A stretch of DNA of 64,000 nt, taken from IMG/VR virus record IMGVR_UViG_3300020451_000152, positions 10,263 to 74,262 of that record. One strand, written 5' to 3'. Within the stretch, counting starts at the first letter, position 1; each line of letters opens with the position of its first letter. The position numbers were made by a program, and so were the translations under genes. Source of the stretch: a virus. The notes under the pieces are model-generated. The model was given only the letters and a program-made list of their open reading frames with translations, made no database searches and was not told where the DNA came from. This document shows, one piece after another, positions 41,916 through 49,421 of this stretch.

Positions 41916-42018
41916 GTAGTCCAGTGTAACATTTAATTGTTTACATTGAACTTCAAAATGTTCAAGTGATTCGATGTTAGTTTCTAGATCAAAATGATCT
42001 GTTTGAATAATAAATTCA

Positions 42019-42255
42019 CTAGGCATGATTAGACCAGTAAATTGCATTAACCTCGGCAATGTTTAGATAATCTTTATCATGATAGGTCATTACATCAACA
42101 TCTTCATAATCAAAAATGAACTCTTCACAAAAATGCTCAACAGATGCAAGTTTTTGATGTTCAATACATCTTAGCATTTCACCTATTTGATAATCATCCA
42201 TGTCACATTCATCGATGCAAAATGCAATGTTTTTCTCTAATTGTGTTGTGTTCAT
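42019..42255 (-). CDS. Hypothetical acidic protein
   Basis: Likely start MNTTQLE, with an ATGA overlap. Confidence 0.6.
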   Translation of the reverse strand: MNTTQLEKNIAFCIDECDMDDYQIGEMLRCIEHQKLASVEHFCEEFIFDYEDVDVMTYHDKDYLNIAEVNAIYWSNHA

Positions 42256-42611
42256 TGATTTGCAAGACATAAAAGTTTACCTAGTAAGAGTGAATTAGTA
42301 CGACAAGTTTCATCATCTTTGTATTCTTTTTTAATCTCATTGAATACAAGTTCAATTAACTTTTCATACTCATCAATCTGTAGATCAGTGGAATCATCAA
42401 AGATTTGCTGACTCCATGCGAACTGAGTTTGTTGATCAGTTGGTTTCATTAGTTCCTCAATTACTACTTTATCAATATACTCGTTATCGGGTGAGTATTC
42501 AACCCCTCTTGTGTCAGTTTGTTGACTGTCATCAGGTGGCATCCAAATTCCCTCTCCTGTCATATAATAACCTGCATCTATCATTTCTTGATACGATGAT
42601 ACTTTAGTCAT
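42252..42611 (-). CDS. Hypothetical protein
   Basis: 119 aa; SYQEMIDAGYYMTGEGIWMP N-terminus. Confidence 0.65.
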   Translation of the reverse strand: MTKVSSYQEMIDAGYYMTGEGIWMPPDDSQQTDTRGVEYSPDNEYIDKVVIEELMKPTDQQTQFAWSQQIFDDSTDLQIDEYEKLIELVFNEIKKEYKDDETCRTNSLLLGKLLCLANQ

Positions 42612-42615
42612 GATT

Positions 42616-42747
42616 TTAGTAGGTTAGTTTATCAAAGAATGTTTCAATCTCTTTAGGTAGATCATCAATCATACCGTTATCTCTCAAGAGATCATATAAT
42701 TTAATGAGTTGATATTGCTCATCAAATGTAATTTCAAATGTGTTCAT
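42616..42747 (-). CDS. Small hypothetical protein (43 aa)
   Basis: Manual translation MNTFEITFDEQYQLIKLYDLLRDNGMIDDLPKEIETFFDKLTY; AAGGAG Shine-Dalgarno; TAATG overlap. Confidence 0.6.
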   Translation of the reverse strand: MNTFEITFDEQYQLIKLYDLLRDNGMIDDLPKEIETFFDKLTY

Positions 42748-42974
42748 TATGCTCCTTTAAATGATATTGAGTTTGAGTAATTTAGTTTATTAAATATACA
42801 CGATTGATGTATATTAAAGAGTAAATCGAAGTTAACTCCCTCCCAATCTGTCCACTCTGAAACATAATCAGTGACATCAAAATCACCTGTTCCGTTAACA
42901 TTTAGTGGGCATGATTTGAAATCATTGTTATCATCAACCCAGAATAATCTACCGAATTGTTCACTACTATACAT
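42747..42974 (-). CDS. Hypothetical protein
   Basis: Likely start MYSSEQFG, with GGAGG upstream. Confidence 0.6.
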   Translation of the reverse strand: MYSSEQFGRLFWVDDNNDFKSCPLNVNGTGDFDVTDYVSEWTDWEGVNFDLLFNIHQSCIFNKLNYSNSISFKGA

Positions 42975-42976
42975 GA

Positions 42977-43123
42977 TTAATTGTCCCTCCAAGGTGAATT
43001 AAAGTATGCTTTATTTACAGTATAAATTGTGAAGATTGCAACAACAATACCAGCGAAACCAAGTAGTAAAATTGGGGATTTGGGGATGTCATACTGAGGA
43101 ATAGAGGTGAGTAAAATGTTCAT
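42977..43123 (-). CDS. Small single-pass membrane protein (48 aa)
   Basis: Manual translation MNILLTSIPQYDIPKSPILLLGFAGIVVAIFTIYTVNKAYFNSPWRDN. Confidence 0.55.
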   Translation of the reverse strand: MNILLTSIPQYDIPKSPILLLGFAGIVVAIFTIYTVNKAYFNSPWRDN

Positions 43124-43159
43124 TGAATGTTAATTAAGGTTTGCAATTAGTGGTGATGA

Positions 43160-43570
43160 TTATCTCAAATAGAGATAACCACCTGCCCAATCTGTAAAGT
43201 TTGGATCATGTAATTTAGCACGATCATTAATAACTCTCATGTCAAATCGTACATACTTTGTGTGAGGTGATTTCCATGATGCTGGTTTGTAAACTTGACC
43301 AGTCTCTTTATTAACAAATGCGTGTACACTACCATCACGATACTCATTTCTATTTTGAAATGTATCAAAATCTTGCTGAATGATTTTGTAGTATTTTCTA
43401 CCTGACTCAACTTTGAATCTCATCAAGTTTTCACGATCTGTGTAACCTTGACGAGTATGATACAGTCTATAATTTTCTGTAATGGTCGCAGCATATCTTT
43501 CTGTCCATTCTTGTACTCTTGTTGTGAGTGTTTTTGTTTCATACTCGGCACTTGTAAGAGTTGTAGTCAT
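43160..43570 (-). CDS. Conserved phage hypothetical protein
   Basis: GRKYYKII...SVHAFV...G.VYKPASWKSP motif family. Directly behind a palindrome promoter. Confidence 0.8.
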   Translation of the reverse strand: MTTTLTSAEYETKTLTTRVQEWTERYAATITENYRLYHTRQGYTDRENLMRFKVESGRKYYKIIQQDFDTFQNRNEYRDGSVHAFVNKETGQVYKPASWKSPHTKYVRFDMRVINDRAKLHDPNFTDWAGGYLYLR

Positions 43571-43596
43571 GTAGTTCTCTGTTTGTTTATACTACT

Positions 43597-43654
43597 ATTA
43601 TACATCCCCTAGAGCATCAGTGAGTGCGTTTTGTACCACTTTGTTAGTTGGCAC
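43597..43654 (-). promoter_or_regulatory. Early promoter cassette 5: GTGCCAAC-N6-AGTGGTAC + 30 nt + TATAAT
   Basis: Box 43633-43654; -10 at 43597-43602. Embedded in the methyltransferase 3' end. Confidence 0.85.
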
Positions 43655-44572
43655 ACGCTCATCGATTAGTGTAGAATATTCTTCATGCAGTTCACATCCT
43701 ATGTAATGCCTACCCAAATCTTTAGCAACCATCGCAGTGGTTCCCGATCCTATGAACGGATCTAATATAATATCACCTTTTTTGCTCCCTGCCTTAATGC
43801 AAGGTATAATTAAATCAGGTGGATATACTGCAAAATGTGCACCTTTATAAGGTTTGTTTGTTATTGACCAAACAGACCGCTTGTTTTTTGTAGGATAAGA
43901 CTTGGATAACCCACTATGAGGAACCAGACCAGTGCCAGGATTATGGTACTTACCTTTAGTGCGGTCTCTTGTACCCCAGTCTTTTGCTGGTTCTTTGATT
44001 GCTTCATTGTCATAATAGTATTTTTTGTTTTTACTTAGTAGGAACAAATATTCATGTGATTTAGTACATCTATCTCTAACAGATTCTGGCATAGGATTAG
44101 GTTTATGCCAAATAATATCTTGCCTTAAATACCATCCATCTTGCCTTAATGCAAATGCTAACATCCAAGGGATGCCGATTAAATCTTTCTCTTTTAATCC
44201 ATCTAATTTATTACCTCTACGAGCACATTTATCTGGTAGATCTTGTTTAGTATTAGAAACAGTTTGTTTAACTAATGCTTGACCTTTTCCTGGTCTATAG
44301 TTATAATAACTATCACCAATATTCACCCATAATGTACCATCATCAGTTAAACAGTTTCTAACTTCTCTGAATATATCTACTAGATTAGATATATATTTTT
44401 CTGGTGTATCTTCCTGACCTATTTGTTTATCTTCACCACCATAATCTCTTAGTCCGTAGTATGGTGGTGATGTAATACACATCCTAGGTTTATCACATAT
44501 ACCAGTAGTAATGTGTCCTTTTAAAATGTCAAGAGTGTGACGACAATCACCATATAATATAGTATCTTTCAT
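43598..44572 (-). CDS. Beta-class N4/N6 DNA methyltransferase
   Basis: Motif IV TSPPY near the N-terminus; IIWHKPNPMPES; HFAVYP; motif I LDPFIGSGTT; IGCEL. Confidence 0.92.
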   Translation of the reverse strand: MKDTILYGDCRHTLDILKGHITTGICDKPRMCITSPPYYGLRDYGGEDKQIGQEDTPEKYISNLVDIFREVRNCLTDDGTLWVNIGDSYYNYRPGKGQALVKQTVSNTKQDLPDKCARRGNKLDGLKEKDLIGIPWMLAFALRQDGWYLRQDIIWHKPNPMPESVRDRCTKSHEYLFLLSKNKKYYYDNEAIKEPAKDWGTRDRTKGKYHNPGTGLVPHSGLSKSYPTKNKRSVWSITNKPYKGAHFAVYPPDLIIPCIKAGSKKGDIILDPFIGSGTTAMVAKDLGRHYIGCELHEEYSTLIDERVPTNKVVQNALTDALGDV

Positions 44573-44721
44573 CAGTTAAGATTCACTCTCTTGATATCTA
44601 CATCACCATATTGTTCTCTTACTGTTCTCTCAGCAGCAGCATAATTTGTTGCTGGAACTTCAACATCAATTAAACCCATATCGTTACGATAAAATGTAAC
44701 TGTAGCAGTACGATAAGACAT
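44572..44721 (-). CDS. Small hypothetical protein (49 aa)
   Basis: Manual translation MSYRTATVTFYRNDMGLIDVEVPATNYAAAERTVREQYGDVDIKRVNLN. Confidence 0.65.
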   Translation of the reverse strand: MSYRTATVTFYRNDMGLIDVEVPATNYAAAERTVREQYGDVDIKRVNLN

Positions 44722-44723
44722 AG

Positions 44724-44900
44724 TTAGTTAGAAACAGGGGGAACAGTTGTTAAACATTTAATTACTTCAATCTCAGTACCACCAAGATTAGTTTGAATTA
44801 AATTCTTTGCAGCATTTGGTGTGCTTGCAGTAACTTCTTCAGTAAAATGTTTTCTACCATTTGGAAGTTTACGATAGGTTACTTGTTGAACATAAGACAT
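44724..44900 (-). CDS. Small hypothetical protein (58 aa), probable paralogue of the neighbouring 49-aa gene
   Basis: Manual translation MSYVQQVTYRKLPNGRKHFTEEVTASTPNAAKNLIQTNLGGTEIEVIKCLTTVPPVSN; AAGGAG Shine-Dalgarno. Confidence 0.65.
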   Translation of the reverse strand: MSYVQQVTYRKLPNGRKHFTEEVTASTPNAAKNLIQTNLGGTEIEVIKCLTTVPPVSN

Positions 44901-44926
44901 AGTTAGATTCTCCTTTAATGTAATAT

Positions 44927-46099
44927 TTATCGGGTTACAGTTGATATTGCTGGTAACCCTTGATTGAAAATAGTATCAACAACTGCTTCAACTTTTCTTG
45001 CAGTGCTAATACCAACTTTTGAATAAACTGGTACACATACCATACCATAGACCTTATCAGCATTGCCTGTACGGATAACTCTACCTATTGTTTGACTGAT
45101 ACCTATGTAATCCATAGATCTCATAAACAACACTGCTTCAAGTCCATTGACATTGATACCTTCTGATAGTATGCTATGATGCAATACAACAAACTTTGTA
45201 TTGTCAGCACCCCATGTATTCAATGTTTTAAAGAATACATCACGAGATACTTTCTTACCATTGATGACTGCACCAGTTTTGGATGTAATATACATCCAAG
45301 AATAACCTCTATTTGATAACTCAATACAAAAATCTGATTGAGATACTAATTGAGTAATTTGTTTTGTAGATTTAGCACATATTAGTACTTTATCTTTTTC
45401 TAAATTATCAATTGCCTCTAGCATATTGTCAGATTCTACCTCTGCATAGATCTCATCTTTTTTCATTAGATCTCTTTTGTATACTTCAACTTTTGGTGGT
45501 AGAATGTAACCCTGCTCAACTAATTGAGGTGCTGGTACATTACAAATAACATCACCAAAAATATCAGTGTCATTCATACCTATTTTGAATGGACTCAAAC
45601 TATGCTTAGGTGTAGCAGTAAAGAAGTATGATCTCTTAGCATATATTGAAAGATGCTCAACTGCTTCAATAAAGTTTTTTTGTACACTATTGTGTGCTTC
45701 ATCAAAGTATATTGTATCAACTTCAATATCAAGTGATTCAGATACTCTATGCAATGAATGATATGTTGTGAATATCAATAGATTATTTCTGCTATTGTTA
45801 TACCAGTGCTCCAATTCATCAGTTTTTGTTGTACTATTATACTTTGTATCACCACTATGTACATGAATAACTTCTGCATCAATAAACTGTAGAAATTCTT
45901 CACATAATTGATGTGCTAATAGTATACGAGGTGCAACAACTACTACAGTATGTGCAAACTTCTCATTTCTAGCAAATAGTCTTTTAGTATCTTCAATCAT
46001 ACACATTGTTTTACCACCACCTGTAGGAATGATAACCTTACCTTTAGGTGTGTTTGACATTGAGTCTAGAGCGTCAATTTGATGTGGTCTTAGTTGCAT
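44927..46099 (-). CDS. SF2 DEAD/DEAH-box (ResIII-like) helicase
   Basis: Q-motif LRPHQ, Walker A PTGGGKT, DEAH, TAT, LSEGIN, QTIGRVIR. Start taken as MQLRPHQ. Confidence 0.9.
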   Translation of the reverse strand: MQLRPHQIDALDSMSNTPKGKVIIPTGGGKTMCMIEDTKRLFARNEKFAHTVVVVAPRILLAHQLCEEFLQFIDAEVIHVHSGDTKYNSTTKTDELEHWYNNSRNNLLIFTTYHSLHRVSESLDIEVDTIYFDEAHNSVQKNFIEAVEHLSIYAKRSYFFTATPKHSLSPFKIGMNDTDIFGDVICNVPAPQLVEQGYILPPKVEVYKRDLMKKDEIYAEVESDNMLEAIDNLEKDKVLICAKSTKQITQLVSQSDFCIELSNRGYSWMYITSKTGAVINGKKVSRDVFFKTLNTWGADNTKFVVLHHSILSEGINVNGLEAVLFMRSMDYIGISQTIGRVIRTGNADKVYGMVCVPVYSKVGISTARKVEAVVDTIFNQGLPAISTVTR

Positions 46100-46119
46100 A
46101 ATGAATTTCAATTACCTTA

Positions 46120-46176
46120 ATTATAGCATAAAAAAAGACCCCCGAAGGGGTCTTGTGACAGTTATTTGATTGCCAC
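46120..46176 (-). promoter_or_regulatory. Early promoter cassette 6: GTGGCAAT-N6-ACTGTCAC + 29 nt + TATAAT
   Basis: Box 46155-46176; -10 at 46120-46125. A terminator hairpin occupies the spacer. Confidence 0.8.
46130..46154 (-). terminator. Rho-independent terminator with UUCG tetraloop
   Basis: AAGACCCC-TTCG-GGGGTCTT-TTTTT on the minus strand, just after the stop at 46162. Confidence 0.9.
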
Positions 46177-46461
46177 TCTCTCTGGAACTTTAACATCTAG
46201 ATTTTGTAGGAAATTAACTACAAATGCTTCCAGATAGATCAAAGGGAGTATAACAAAATCAATACCTCTAAGTTTTGTGAATTTAGAGTAATCAACTGTT
46301 TTAACTTCTTCATTGACATTTAGTGTCAATGTTTCTGCTTTAACTTCTTCAGTCACAATTGGTTTAGCAACTGGAGTATTTAGAGTTTTAGTAACAGTTG
46401 TTTTACGAGTGCGTCTTTTGCGAGGAGTTGTAACTTTCTTCGCTGTAGATGCAGTTGGCAT
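46162..46461 (-). CDS. Small protein with an Arg/Lys-rich N-terminus and a hydrophobic C-terminal segment (99 aa)
   Basis: MPTASTAKKVTTPRKRRTRKTT...FVILPLIYLEAFVVNFL. Start revised to the ATG at 46461. Confidence 0.7.
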   Translation of the reverse strand: MPTASTAKKVTTPRKRRTRKTTVTKTLNTPVAKPIVTEEVKAETLTLNVNEEVKTVDYSKFTKLRGIDFVILPLIYLEAFVVNFLQNLDVKVPERVAIK

Positions 46462-46483
46462 AGAATAATAATGCAATGGATGG

Positions 46484-46840
46484 GCGAAACATTAAGGGTA
46501 ATGTAATTTTAATTCAACATCATGTCTCTACTTCTTGTTTGAGAGGAGTGGGGCAATGATCTGGGTTTCACCCAGTTGCCCAAATTTACCTACTGGGAAT
46601 CGCTTACACCTGTACCCCCAAACTTAATCGGGGCAGTAGAACCACATATCCAAATGGGACTTACAACTTCAAAACTGTCTTTTCAGATGTCCGAGGACAT
46701 CAGCAGTACTAGAGGTCTCCAAACATAAAGAGCAGTTATCCACAGCGTGATCAAAGATCATCTGAATTGTTGCTCACCCCTGCCTAGCGTTTGCCCATTC
46801 TCAAAACTGTTAGAGTAGTTGAACCCTTAACTGTTTCGCT
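46484..46840 (-). ncRNA. Putative large structured non-coding RNA (~357 nt)
   Basis: ORF-free and richer in GC than its flanks. The 5' GCGAAACAGTTAAGGGT pairs with the 3' ACCCTTAATGTTTCGC (16 bp, one bulge). At least 8 further nested stems are visible. The predicted TSS of the promoter at 46846-46903 coincides with the 5' end of the closing stem. Confidence 0.75.
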
Positions 46841-46845
46841 CTTCT

Positions 46846-46903
46846 ATTATAACGCATCTAGGTCACTGTGCAATCGTCGTTGTGACACTTTATCAACTGG
46901 TTC
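46846..46903 (-). promoter_or_regulatory. Early promoter cassette 7: GAACCAGT-N6-AGTGTCAC + 30 nt + TATAAT (drives the RNA)
   Basis: Box 46882-46903; -10 at 46846-46851. Confidence 0.8.
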
Positions 46904-47023
46904 TTCAATGAATGTTCTTTCTTTACCATCTTCAGTGAGAATAACCCTAGATCTTTCTGTACTACCTGCCTCCCTTACATATATTGTAATGCCACCATCG
47001 GGTGATTCATAAATTTTTGGCAT
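46847..47023 (-). CDS. Small hypothetical protein (58 aa)
   Basis: Manual translation MPKIYESPDGGITIYVREAGSTERSRVILTEDGKERTFIEEPVDKVSQRRLHSDLDAL. The IYESPDGG.T.Y.R motif is common in marine phages. TAATG overlap. Confidence 0.65.
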   Translation of the reverse strand: MPKIYESPDGGITIYVREAGSTERSRVILTEDGKERTFIEEPVDKVSQRRLHSDLDAL

Positions 47024-47235
47024 TAGTAAAACCTCGGTGCAGTTGGATAATTTCTTAATTCTAATTCAATTTCATCAAATATTCTATTGAGTGATCTTGC
47101 ATAATCTCTATATGCACTACCAACATAAATTTGACCTGCTACAACTGAAAATGTAGCAATGCCCCAGAATAGATAGTAAAATTTACTTTTTACTTGTGCT
47201 CTTAGTTTTTCTTTAACTTGCATGATTGTCTCCAT
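47023..47235 (-). CDS. Small membrane hypothetical protein
   Basis: FYYLFWGIATFSVVAGQIYVG transmembrane segment. TTTACA-17-TATAAT promoter upstream (~47243-47271). Confidence 0.65.
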   Translation of the reverse strand: METIMQVKEKLRAQVKSKFYYLFWGIATFSVVAGQIYVGSAYRDYARSLNRIFDEIELELRNYPTAPRFY

Positions 47236-47279
47236 CCCCGATATTATACCATTTTATGAGATGGATGTAAACCCTATCG

Positions 47280-47996
47280 TTATTTGTTGTAATTAATATT
47301 GTAGATATGGAACATCATACCATGATAACCAGAATTATACTTTTTACCACTACCTTTCATTTGTAGATGAAATAGTTTTCTACCATCCTCTAATCTAAAC
47401 TCTAGTGTAGTATTATTTAATGTCCATCTACCCTTCTCAACTTGTTTCTCCATCATATTTACTGCTACCATCCTGAGTAAATCAGATCCTTTAGTATGCC
47501 ATATAATAGTATCAACTGCATCACCTTCAAATCCTCTTCTAACAATAACATCAAATATTGAACACTTGTTTTTATTCATCCATGTTACAAATGAACTGCA
47601 AACTTTCTTCTCTATATTATTTTTATACACCCTATTTTGATGTATCTCTTTTTCACTAAGATTTAAATCAGGATGTCTCTCTTGTACAATAGATTTTAAT
47701 TCTGGATTAGGATAACCAAAGAACATTCTAAGGAATGACTCACTATGTCCTTTAATCTTAAAGTGTTTGATAAACTTCTCAGTTGATAGTAATGCTACTT
47801 GAGTATGATTCTTTGATATACTCTTGATAGAATATTTTCTCTTACTAGTCTCTTCATACATATCTACCTTAGTTTGTGGTCTCCCATCAACTTTATGCTC
47901 ACCACCAAATAATTGGTCGAATAGAGCAGCAAGTTTATGTTCAAACTCATGCCCTGCTTTCTTTGCTTTTTTACCAGCAGTTATAGATGCAGTCAT
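47280..47996 (-). CDS. Putative PD-(D/E)XK type II restriction-like endonuclease (MspI/HinP1I-like)
   Basis: AKKAGHEFE...TKVD...YSIK catalytic-type pattern and a C-terminal LQMKGSG resembling the QRKGG motif of HinP1I/MspI. Start revised to MTASIT because the tracked ATG lies inside the -10 box. Confidence 0.55.
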   Translation of the reverse strand: MTASITAGKKAKKAGHEFEHKLAALFDQLFGGEHKVDGRPQTKVDMYEETSKRKYSIKSISKNHTQVALLSTEKFIKHFKIKGHSESFLRMFFGYPNPELKSIVQERHPDLNLSEKEIHQNRVYKNNIEKKVCSSFVTWMNKNKCSIFDVIVRRGFEGDAVDTIIWHTKGSDLLRMVAVNMMEKQVEKGRWTLNNTTLEFRLEDGRKLFHLQMKGSGKKYNSGYHGMMFHIYNINYNK

Positions 47997-48018
47997 TTCA
48001 GATCGTTTAGGTATCTTC

Positions 48019-48076
48019 ATTATATTCTATTAGTATTGAATAAACAATGGATGTGTGACAGTTATTTGATTGACCT
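48019..48076 (-). promoter_or_regulatory. Early promoter cassette 8: AGGTCAAT-N6-ACTGTCAC + 30 nt + TATAAT
   Basis: Box 48055-48076; -10 at 48019-48024. Confidence 0.8.
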
Positions 48077-49420
48077 TATATCAAATGTTAGTTCACCATG
48101 TACCTCATTTAAATCTACATGAGGTGCTAATAATGGGAACTTGTCAGCATAATCAGCACCCATACCATAAGACCACTCTACAAAATCTTTATAATTACCT
48201 GCAAAGTTAGGTAGGTCATGTCCAATATAATCATGTATTTTACCATAGATAAAATCTTGAGTCAATTTAGGGTCATTTGCAATAATATTATAAAAGTCAT
48301 CGGTAAAGTTTTGATCTTTATTTAATATACTGAAATTCATAATTTCTTTAGTGTTTAATAAATTCTTAGAATCTTTAACAATATTTCTCCAGAATGGTGA
48401 ATCATACTTAGAACCAAAATGATATATCCATGCCATATTTTTATACCAGTCATCAACAACTGTTTCATAATACCAGTCATTCAAATGATTAACTAGATCT
48501 TGATCATGAGGATTCCCAGTAAGTGCATAATCACATATTTGATTTGAAATATAATCATAATACATACCTGCCAAAGATTCTAATGGATCAATAAATCCAA
48601 TAGCATTGCCATTACGAATATATCTACCACTATGATGCACCATATACTTTGATAGTCTAGGTGTCCATTTAAATTTCTTGTATGGATAACCTAGTGCTTC
48701 AGGTATTATAGTTCTAAAATCTTTTAATGCCTCCTCCTCAGTTGTAATATTATCATTATAAGCATATCCAAATGTTCTCCTTGATTGTAATGGTATTCCA
48801 AACATCCACCCATTTTGATGAGCATATGATATAGTACAACCCCAATCTGCTGTTTCAGGTAATCTTAATGCTAATACACTATTTACAGTTACTAATATAG
48901 AATCCAAATAATTATTATCATTCAGCAGTGATTTACCACCAGTACAATCAATAACAAAATCAAATCTTTGTTGATATAATTCTGACTTAGATGATGATAG
49001 ATATACACCATCATGAGTAAACTTAATATCTTTTATACTCTCATCCCTTAGTGTCAAATTAGGTGTAAATTTTGGTAGGTAATCTAAAAAGAATTCACTA
49101 AAATATTTTGTATCAAAGTGCATACCCACTGAGTGTGGGTCTAACCATCTAACAAAATTGTGTTTTTTACCCCATCCAATAAACTTATTACCAAACTTAA
49201 CTGTAGTATCAAAATATTTCTTAAAATGAGGTACTGCTAGTGTTGTAGTATGTGCTATTTGTGATGGTAGGTCAGGTGTAGTTGACTCACCTATACCAAA
49301 TATATTGACATCGGAGTCATATATCCATGTCAATTCTGTATCAATATCTCTCTCATCAATTAACCTTAATAGACAATTGATGCCAACAACACCTGCACCT
49401 ATTACTGCTATCTTTTTCAT
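48062..49420 (-). CDS. Flavin-dependent tryptophan-halogenase family protein (PrnA-like)
   Basis: GAGVVG FAD motif, GIGEST, TVKFGNKFIGW (catalytic Lys position), FVIDCTG, GWMFGIPL, FIDPLES, SPFW. Confidence 0.85.
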   Translation of the reverse strand: MKKIAVIGAGVVGINCLLRLIDERDIDTELTWIYDSDVNIFGIGESTTPDLPSQIAHTTTLAVPHFKKYFDTTVKFGNKFIGWGKKHNFVRWLDPHSVGMHFDTKYFSEFFLDYLPKFTPNLTLRDESIKDIKFTHDGVYLSSSKSELYQQRFDFVIDCTGGKSLLNDNNYLDSILVTVNSVLALRLPETADWGCTISYAHQNGWMFGIPLQSRRTFGYAYNDNITTEEEALKDFRTIIPEALGYPYKKFKWTPRLSKYMVHHSGRYIRNGNAIGFIDPLESLAGMYYDYISNQICDYALTGNPHDQDLVNHLNDWYYETVVDDWYKNMAWIYHFGSKYDSPFWRNIVKDSKNLLNTKEIMNFSILNKDQNFTDDFYNIIANDPKLTQDFIYGKIHDYIGHDLPNFAGNYKDFVEWSYGMGADYADKFPLLAPHVDLNEVHGELTFDIRSIK

Positions 49421-49421
49421 A

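Noticed and set aside
46736-46744. Single TTATCCACA DnaA box
   Set aside because: An isolated 9-mer inside the putative RNA; expected by chance in 64 kb of AT-rich DNA.
46484-46840. The RNA as tmRNA, RNase P, group I/II intron or retron msr-msd
   Set aside because: No tRNA-like ends or CCA, no GAGGAAAGTCC, and no interrupted host gene. The domain-V-shaped hairpin lacks the AGC/CGC triad, R/S-like words match only weakly, and no reverse transcriptase is present in the window.
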